Shown here: positions 8,443 to 14,130 of the stretch, piece after piece
Numbering within the stretch: position 1 is the first letter of the stretch
Layout: every line of letters begins with the position of its first letter
NCBI GenBank assembly: GCA_043814095.1
Contig: JBDRKI010000003.1
Coordinates: 1 to 14,130 of the forward strand
Length of the DNA stretch: 14,130 nt
Origin: Armatimonadota bacterium
Lineage (GTDB): Bacteria; Vulcanimicrobiota; JACPDS01; JBDRKI01
Reading direction: 5' to 3'
Notes under the pieces: model-generated
Database searches by the model: none
The model's input: only the letters and a program-made list of their open reading frames with translations
What the model was told of the DNA's origin: nothing
Made by a program: the position numbers and the translations under genes

Positions 8443-8913
8443 ATGGAAAAATATTCATCAGAATTGAAACCTTCTCCAAGAAGAAGAAAAAAAGAAAAAA
8501 AATTCACATTTTCCTATTTTGTGATAATCTGGCTTATAGCCTTACTGGTTTTAAATTTCATTTTATTAAAGTATAAAAGGAAAAATGATTTTAAGGAAAA
8601 AAGACAGGAAATAATTACCCTTCAGAATGAAATAAACGAGCTGGAAGGCAAAAAAAAGAAGCTGGAACAGGAGATATATTACCTTAATACCGACAGGGGA
8701 ATTGAAGACATGGCAAGGAAAAAACTGGGTCTTGTAAAGAAAGACGAGATAGCTATTGTGGTATTAGACGAGAAAAACAGGAAAGTTAATTATGAAGACT
8801 CCTACAAAGAGGAAAATACACAAAGTAGCAGTATAGATAATAAACCAGAAGGGATTATTGACAAAATACTGAAATTTTTGCATATTAGAAGGGAACCAAC
8901 GCCTAGTAAATAA
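8443..8913 (+). CDS. divIC: Septum formation initiator (DivIC/FtsB family), 156 aa
   Basis: Basic N-terminus, one TM helix, a coiled coil (LQNEINELEGKKKKLEQEIYYL) and the family motif IEDMARKKLGLVKKDE. Confidence 0.85.
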   Translation: MEKYSSELKPSPRRRKKEKKFTFSYFVIIWLIALLVLNFILLKYKRKNDFKEKRQEIITLQNEINELEGKKKKLEQEIYYLNTDRGIEDMARKKLGLVKKDEIAIVVLDEKNRKVNYEDSYKEENTQSSSIDNKPEGIIDKILKFLHIRREPTPSK

Positions 8914-8957
8914 TAAAAAGTGTTATTTATTACTAAAAAATAAAAACAGGAGGAGAA

Positions 8958-11285
8958 ATGTCTGAAGCAAAAATTGTGCTCCCTCAGCTAAGTATGTTGG
9001 AGCAGAATCTATTATGGATTGTTCTGGGTACAGCGGTTTTATCAATCTTGTTCGGTCTTTATTTATGGTTCAAGGTTATAAAAGTTGATCCCGGCACAAA
9101 AAAGATGCAGGAAGTATCAAGTGCGATTGAAGAAGGAGCTTTGGCTTATCTCGGAAGACAGTTTAAAACAATGCTCTTTTTTGTTATCCTTATAACAATC
9201 GGCTTATTCTTTATGTACCGTCCGATTTATGATGGGAATAATTTCCTCGCGGGCGGTATCGCGATAGCGTTCTTAATGGGTGTTTTCGCGTCATATATAG
9301 CCGGTTATGTAGGCATGAGATTAGCCGTAAAAGCAAATGTTAGAGTTGCCAATGCGGCTCTTTACAGTTTTAAAAGAGCGCTGGAAGTTGCATTCCAGGG
9401 CGGCGGCGTCTCAGGCATGTTTACCATAGGACTCGGTCTTTTAGGTGCTATAATTATCTTTTTAATATTTAAGCAGGACGCCATGAAAGTTTTAGTCGGC
9501 TTTGGTTTCGGCGGATGTTTAGCGGCCCTCTTTATGAGAATGGGCGGCGGTATTTTCACGAAAGCTGCGGATGTAGGCGCGGATTTAGTAGGTAAAGTTG
9601 AAGCGGGTATCCCTGAAGATGATCCGAGAAACGCTGCGACTATTGCGGATAATGTGGGTGATAATGTAGGTGACTGCGCGGGTATGGCTGCGGATGTGTT
9701 TGAGAGTTATGAAGTAACACTGGTTGCCGCTATTTTATTAGGCGCGGCTACCATGCTCAATCCCACCATACAGGCAATATGGGGAGCTCAAGCGTCAAAT
9801 TTCGCCTTATCGCTTATTATTTATCCTCTGCTGGTTAGAGCAGTCGGCGTATTCGCTTCTGCTATCGGAATATTCTCCGTAAGAGGTAAAGACGATATGA
9901 AAGACCCGATGGTCCCGATAAATGTCGGTTTCTGGGTTTCGGCTATCGTTTCATTAATAGGTATATTCGCGATTAACTGGTTCTATTTAAGAAGTCCTGA
10001 CGGCGTGCCTGATTTAAGGTTTTTCTACGGCACGGGCGTGGGAATTGTTCTTGCTTTGGCAACTTTATGGCTTACCGATTACTATACACATATTGATAAG
10101 CCGTCAGTCACGGAAACCGCTTATTCATCAAGAACCGGTGTTGCCACTTTAATATTAACGGGTCTCGCACAGGGCCTTCAGTCAAGCGTATGGGCGGTTG
10201 TATTTATAGTATGTACAATCGCGGCCGAACTTTTCATATTCAGAGGCAACCTTGCCCTGCAGATGTACGGTATAGCGCTTGCCGGCTTAGGTCTTTTAAC
10301 CACTACCGGCTATATCCTTGCAATGGATACTTACGGTCCGGTTACCGATAACGCAAACGGAATATTTGAGATGTCCGGCGCTTTGAAAGAAGCAAAAGAC
10401 GGTGAAAGAGCTCACGGCTATGTCGCTAAATTAGACGCAATAGGAAATACCACAAAAGCGTTAACTAAAGGTCTTGCCATAGCAACAGCTGTTATAGCGG
10501 CTACGGCTCTTTTCAGCTCTTTTGTTGAAGAAGCGCACCTTATGGTATCCGGCATACAGATTAACCTGCCCGAAGTCTTTATAGGGCTTTTAATCGGTGG
10601 TGCGGTACCGTTCCTCTTTTCAAGTTTTGCCATTAACGCGGTAGGCAGAGCTGCGTTTTTGGTGGTTGAAGAAGTAAGACGCCAGTTCAGAGAAATAAAA
10701 GGCATTATGGAAGGAACAGCGAAACCCGAATATTCAAAATGCGTTGATATAAGTACATCAGCTGCGCAGAAAGAATTGATAGGTCCCGCGATTCTTGCCA
10801 TATTCACACCTATACTTGTAGCTTTCTTATTCGGCGTTCAAGCTTTAGGCGGATTCCTCGCAGGCGCTATTCTTACCGGTCAGCTTATGGCGGTATTTAT
10901 GTCAAATGCGGGCGGCATCTGGGATAACGCTAAAAAGAAAATTGAAGAAGGTCTCTTCGGCGGTAAAGGCACAGAATACCATAAATGCGGTGTTGTAGGC
11001 GATACAATCGGCGATCCTTTAAAAGATACAGCAGGTCCGGCCATTAACCCGCTTATTAAAGTTATGAACTTAGTGGCGATTCTGGTAGCTCCCGTTGCGA
11101 TCGCGCCGAGCCCCGTATTAAAGATAGTTACGTCATTAATATGCGCGACATTGCTCGCTATCGCGGTGTTTTTATCAAACCGCGGTTCAGTTGTAACAAA
11201 GGGAACAGATCCTAATGATAAAAATAATCCTACTAAGAAGTCATGCGGATGCAACGACGGTAAAAAAGAAAAAGTAGGGGTGTAA
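8958..11285 (+). CDS. hppA: Membrane-bound proton-translocating pyrophosphatase, K+-independent type, 775 aa
   Basis: GGGIFTKAADVGADLVGKVEAGIPEDDPRN...DNVGDNVGD, DTYGPVTDNANGI, LDAIGNTTKA, GGIWDNAKK and GDTIGDPLKDTAGP, with many TM helices. SD AGGAGG. The Lys in GNTTKA is the established K+-independence determinant. Confidence 0.96.
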   Translation: MSEAKIVLPQLSMLEQNLLWIVLGTAVLSILFGLYLWFKVIKVDPGTKKMQEVSSAIEEGALAYLGRQFKTMLFFVILITIGLFFMYRPIYDGNNFLAGGIAIAFLMGVFASYIAGYVGMRLAVKANVRVANAALYSFKRALEVAFQGGGVSGMFTIGLGLLGAIIIFLIFKQDAMKVLVGFGFGGCLAALFMRMGGGIFTKAADVGADLVGKVEAGIPEDDPRNAATIADNVGDNVGDCAGMAADVFESYEVTLVAAILLGAATMLNPTIQAIWGAQASNFALSLIIYPLLVRAVGVFASAIGIFSVRGKDDMKDPMVPINVGFWVSAIVSLIGIFAINWFYLRSPDGVPDLRFFYGTGVGIVLALATLWLTDYYTHIDKPSVTETAYSSRTGVATLILTGLAQGLQSSVWAVVFIVCTIAAELFIFRGNLALQMYGIALAGLGLLTTTGYILAMDTYGPVTDNANGIFEMSGALKEAKDGERAHGYVAKLDAIGNTTKALTKGLAIATAVIAATALFSSFVEEAHLMVSGIQINLPEVFIGLLIGGAVPFLFSSFAINAVGRAAFLVVEEVRRQFREIKGIMEGTAKPEYSKCVDISTSAAQKELIGPAILAIFTPILVAFLFGVQALGGFLAGAILTGQLMAVFMSNAGGIWDNAKKKIEEGLFGGKGTEYHKCGVVGDTIGDPLKDTAGPAINPLIKVMNLVAILVAPVAIAPSPVLKIVTSLICATLLAIAVFLSNRGSVVTKGTDPNDKNNPTKKSCGCNDGKKEKVGV

Positions 11286-11296
11286 ATAAACAAAAC

Positions 11297-11331
11297 AAAA
11301 AAAAGGGGTTGGCAACCAGCCCCTTTTTTTT
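11297..11331 (+). terminator. Intrinsic (rho-independent) terminator, potentially bidirectional
   Basis: A8-GGGGTTGG-CAA-CCAGCCCC-T8: an 8 bp GC-rich stem with one G-U pair, 11 nt after the hppA stop. Confidence 0.9.
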
Positions 11332-11351
11332 ATGAGTTGAAAGGGGAGGTT

Positions 11352-12593
11352 ATGCAGAATACAATGAATATACAAAAACTTTATGAGAAAATAGACAGTT
11401 ATAAAGATGAATCGATTAAGATGCAGGAAGAATTAACCGCCATACCGGCTTTATCGCCTGACAGTGACGGTGACGGAGAACTCAAGAAAGCGGAACTTAT
11501 TAAAAAATACATGGATAAACTAAGGTATGATTCATTTGAAGAATACAATGCGCCTGATGAAAGAGTATCTTCCGGAATAAGGCCTAACCATATATACCGC
11601 TTTAAGGGTGAAGACTCGGAACGTACGGTATGGATTATGGCTCATTTTGATATAGTGCCCCCGGGGGAGGCAAGCCACTGGGATACAGACCCCTACAAAG
11701 TGAAAGCTGACGGTGATTTTATATACGGCAGGGGAGTTGAAGACAACCAGCAGGGCATGATATCCGCCATGCTTGCCGTAAAAGCATTAAAGGAACAGGG
11801 ATTAAAACCGAAATACGATACGGCGTTTTTGTTTATATCCGATGAAGAAACGGGAAGCAAATACGGCATACAGTATCTATTAGAGCAGAATCCGGATATA
11901 TTTAAAAAAGAAGATTTAATGGTGATACCCGACGCGGGTAATGAAGACGGCACAATGATTGAAGTGGCGGAGAAATCAATTATCTGGTTCAAATTTAAGG
12001 TTATAGGCAAACAGACCCATGGAAGCCGTCCCTACGGCGGTATTAACGCGTTTAAAGCGGGTTCTATACTGGTTACAAAGCTTTATGAGTTAAATAAGAT
12101 ATTCGGCAAATCCGACCCTATATTTGATCCTCCAGAAAGCACGTTTGAGCCCACCAAAAAAGAAGCTAATGTGCCTAATATAAATACAATACCGGGTGAA
12201 GATGTATTCTGTTATGACTGCAGGATACTCCCTGATTATAATATACAGGATGTATTAGCTGAAGTGGATAAAATGTGCAAAGAAGTTGAAAAAGAAGAAG
12301 GCGTAAAGATAAGCTATGAAACCCCGCAAAAAGAACAAGCCGCGCCTGCAACGCCTGCGGACTGCCAGCTTGTTAAATCTCTTGCAAAAGCGGTAAAAGA
12401 AGTTACCGGATTTTCTGCAAAACCCATGGGGATAGGCGGGGGAACAGTCGCGGCCTATATAAGGAGAAAACATATACCCGCGGTAGTATGGTTTACAAGG
12501 GATGCAACAGGTCACCAGCCTAATGAATCCTGCAGGATATCTCATATGCTCTCAGATGCAAAAGTGTTTGTTAATTTGTTTATTAATTTATAA
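11352..12593 (+). CDS. M20 family metallohydrolase (ArgE/DapE-like deacylase/peptidase)
   Basis: Metal-ligand motifs MAHFDIVPPG, YGRGVEDN, DEETGS and GHQPNE, with dimerisation-domain motifs GKQTHGSRP and NTIPG. ATG 11352 follows SD AAGGGGAGG and is preferred to the track's TTG 11337. Substrate unknown. Confidence 0.92.
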   Translation: MQNTMNIQKLYEKIDSYKDESIKMQEELTAIPALSPDSDGDGELKKAELIKKYMDKLRYDSFEEYNAPDERVSSGIRPNHIYRFKGEDSERTVWIMAHFDIVPPGEASHWDTDPYKVKADGDFIYGRGVEDNQQGMISAMLAVKALKEQGLKPKYDTAFLFISDEETGSKYGIQYLLEQNPDIFKKEDLMVIPDAGNEDGTMIEVAEKSIIWFKFKVIGKQTHGSRPYGGINAFKAGSILVTKLYELNKIFGKSDPIFDPPESTFEPTKKEANVPNINTIPGEDVFCYDCRILPDYNIQDVLAEVDKMCKEVEKEEGVKISYETPQKEQAAPATPADCQLVKSLAKAVKEVTGFSAKPMGIGGGTVAAYIRRKHIPAVVWFTRDATGHQPNESCRISHMLSDAKVFVNLFINL

Positions 12594-12594
12594 A

Positions 12595-12623
12595 TTGACT
12601 GTCATGCTGTAATACAGTATAAT
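12595..12623 (+). promoter_or_regulatory. Sigma70-type promoter of vapBC with a palindromic operator in the spacer
   Basis: TTGACT (12595-12600), 17 bp, TATAAT (12618-12623). The spacer holds CTGTA-A-TACAG (12607-12617). Confidence 0.85.
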
Positions 12624-12645
12624 GTAATTAGAAGAGGTGGTCGTT

Positions 12646-12876
12646 ATGTTGCATAGGACTCAATTATATCTTGATGAAGCAATGTATCAATTTTTAAAAA
12701 ATTTGGCTAAAATCAAGAATAAAAGCATGGCGGAAGTTGTCCGTTATATTGTCGATTATTACAGAAGCCAAACCAGCGAAAAAGATACATTATATGAAGT
12801 TATGGGAATAGGTAATGTAAAAGACAATCTTGCTTCCGGTTATGAAGATTATTTATACGGAGAAGATAATAAATGA
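12646..12876 (+). CDS. vapB: Ribbon-helix-helix (CopG-like) antitoxin
   Basis: RTQLYLDE beta-strand followed by LKNLAK..NKSMAEVVR helices and an acidic C-terminus (YEDYLYGE). ATGA overlap with the PIN toxin gene. ATG 12646 follows GAGGTGG; the track uses GTG 12637. Confidence 0.88.
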   Translation: MLHRTQLYLDEAMYQFLKNLAKIKNKSMAEVVRYIVDYYRSQTSEKDTLYEVMGIGNVKDNLASGYEDYLYGEDNK

Positions 12877-13274
12877 TTAAATCAATTTTTGTTGATACAA
12901 GCGCTTTTTATGCCATGATTAATAAAGGTGAAACGCATCACGGCAAAATAAAAAATTTTATTAAAAAAAGCAAAGAACTTCTTGTTACAACAAATTTGAT
13001 TTTTGCCGAAACGATTTCTTTGATCACAAAAAGATTGGGTAAAAATATTGCCGCTGATTTTGGCTCCGGCCTGCTCAACAGCACGCGGCTTAGCATTTAT
13101 TATCTGTCTGAAGATTATCAAAAAGAAGCATGGGATTTATTTATTAGTTATAAAGATAAGGATTTTGATTATATCGACGCCGCTTGTTTTACTTTTATGA
13201 AAAAAATGAATATAAATAAAGTTTTAAGCTTTGACCGTCATTTTAAACAGATGGGTTTTGAGATATTGCCCTGA
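12873..13274 (+). CDS. vapC: PIN-domain ribonuclease toxin, 133 aa
   Basis: PIN acidic residues in IFVDTSAF, IFAET, DYIDA and SFDRHF..MGF. Translationally coupled to the antitoxin. Confidence 0.95.
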   Translation: MIKSIFVDTSAFYAMINKGETHHGKIKNFIKKSKELLVTTNLIFAETISLITKRLGKNIAADFGSGLLNSTRLSIYYLSEDYQKEAWDLFISYKDKDFDYIDAACFTFMKKMNINKVLSFDRHFKQMGFEILP

Positions 13275-13280
13275 TTTTGT

Positions 13281-13310
13281 TTGACAGGATAAATTGTTCT
13301 TTTGTATAAT
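13281..13310 (+). promoter_or_regulatory. Consensus sigma70 promoter of the tRNA gene
   Basis: TTGACA (13281-13286), 18 bp, TATAAT (13305-13310), 30 nt upstream of the tRNA. Confidence 0.85.
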
Positions 13311-13340
13311 ACTTGACACTTATCTGAATTCTGTTTTCGC

Positions 13341-13414
13341 TGAGGTGTAGCCAAGCGGTAAGGCAGCGGCCTTTGGAGCCGCCATCGGAGGTTCGAATCC
13401 TCCCGCCTCAGCCA
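13341..13414 (+). tRNA. trnQ: tRNA-Gln (anticodon TTG) with encoded CCA
   Basis: Acceptor TGAGGTG/CGCCTCA with the U1-A72 pair typical of bacterial tRNA-Gln. D arm GCC-AAGCGGTAA-GGC, anticodon arm GCGGC-CTTTGGA-GCCGC, T arm GGAGG-TTCGAAT-CCTCC, discriminator G plus CCA. Confidence 0.97.
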
Positions 13415-13448
13415 TCTCAATCTTATCAAACCGTGATTTTTGAGAATT

Positions 13449-13488
13449 TTCGGCGAAAGAAGTTTCTTCTTTCGCCGAATTTTTATTT
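13449..13488 (+). terminator. Probable intrinsic terminator after tRNA-Gln
   Basis: Perfect 14 bp stem TTCGGCGAAAGAAG-TTT-CTTCTTTCGCCGAA (13449-13479) followed by TTTTTATTT. Confidence 0.7.
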
Positions 13489-13651
13489 CCGACTCCGCCG
13501 CCGCCCGCCCGAAAAATACCCGTTTGGTTTTTACCAAACTGTGGAAAATTTGTTGAATAATAAAGATTTATTTGGATGTGGTCTTTTGAATAAGGAATAT
13601 TTTTTATGTATTTCCTCAAGACAATTGTGTGCGCACAAAGAACTCTTTTGC

Positions 13652-13680
13652 TAGACTTGAATGATACTTTTTAGTATAAT
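13652..13680 (+). promoter_or_regulatory. Sigma70-type promoter of the last gene (probably a leaderless transcript)
   Basis: TAGACT (13652-13657), 17 bp, TATAAT (13675-13680). The ATG is 7 nt downstream and there is no SD. Confidence 0.65.
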
Positions 13681-13687
13681 TTAAAAA

Positions 13688-14130
13688 ATGCATGATTTAA
13701 AGAAAAAATTAAGCAAATATAAATTAGATGAGCTCTTATTCCTTTTGTCTGAATCTTCAAGAAATTTATATATTGACAATACTGCCATAAAACAAGTTGA
13801 GTGGCAAAAATTCGTGGGCAAACTGCGACTTAAATTTCCTCAGTTAATACCGGCGTGGGCTTTAACTGAATTATCCTATCGCGCAATCCTGAGTTCAAAT
13901 GACTATAGGCATTCTGATGCAACATTAGAAGATGTTTTTAATTTATGTAATCTTCTTGCTAAAACAAAAGACGAATCGTCTAACACAAAAATTAAGATCA
14001 ACCCGACCCTTGAAGAAATGAAAATAGTTTTTTGGGGGCATTCTCAAGTACAATTTTGGTATCAAGATGTAGTTGCGCCCGGAAATATTTATCGTAATTT
14101 TTTAAGATACTTTATCCTTTTGTATGAAAT
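13688..14130 (+). CDS. Hypothetical protein, N-terminal 147 aa only (runs off the right edge)
   Basis: Not in the ORF track because it has no stop in the window. Open from ATG 13688: MHDLKKKLSKYKLDELLFLLSESSRNLY...PAWALTELSYRAILSSNDYRHSDATLEDVFNLCNLL...QVQFWYQD...FLRYFILLYE. An open frame of 147 codons in AT-rich DNA is unlikely by chance. Confidence 0.8.
   Translation, partial: MHDLKKKLSKYKLDELLFLLSESSRNLYIDNTAIKQVEWQKFVGKLRLKFPQLIPAWALTELSYRAILSSNDYRHSDATLEDVFNLCNLLAKTKDESSNTKIKINPTLEEMKIVFWGHSQVQFWYQDVVAPGNIYRNFLRYFILLYE

Noticed and set aside
8911..8932. TAATAAA/TTTATTA inverted repeat between divIC and hppA
   Set aside because: All A/T, too weak for a terminator and expected by chance.
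9362..12545. Antisense ORFs within hppA and the M20 gene
   Set aside because: Shadow frames of conserved genes with no independent support.
12590..13296. ATAAATTG repeated at 12590-12597 and 13289-13296 as a possible target-site duplication around vapBC
   Set aside because: Only 8 bp and AT-rich, the second copy lies inside the tRNA promoter spacer, and there is no transposase or terminal repeat.
13313..13318. Second TTGACA upstream of the tRNA
   Set aside because: No -10-like hexamer at 16-18 bp spacing.
13238..13654. Three ~95 aa ORFs spanning the tRNA (WLRREDSNLR, MAEAGGFEPP, EVRILPPQP)
   Set aside because: Classic artefactual translations of a tRNA gene.

Overview
Bacterial chromosomal window with no integrase, transposase or CRISPR. 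A divergent partial gene lies at the left edge. Next comes a tightly packed + strand run of nine genes (409-11285) that ends in a strong intrinsic terminator: (1) a sugar-1-phosphate nucleotidyltransferase/phosphohexomutase-like fusion with an extra C-terminal DUF5752-like domain; (2) an acidic, internally duplicated unknown protein; (3-6) an ABC ATPase, an ABC-2-type permease, a small His-rich membrane-anchored protein and a membrane-anchored TPR protein, together resembling PilGHI/Xap; (7) pyruvate kinase with a PEP-utilizer swivel domain; (8) a DivIC/FtsB-like protein; (9) a K+-independent H+-pumping pyrophosphatase. These are followed by an M20 metallohydrolase, a vapBC toxin-antitoxin pair with a clear promoter and candidate operator, and tRNA-Gln(UUG) with a consensus promoter. 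The window ends with a hairpin-rich trailer and an AT-rich, apparently leaderless unknown gene that runs off the right edge (possible island start). The best candidates for undescribed biology are 409-4133 (pseudo-mutase/DUF5752 fusion and its duplicated acidic partner) and 4151-6666 (exporter with a His-rich partner). All family assignments come from motif recognition by eye, not from database searches.
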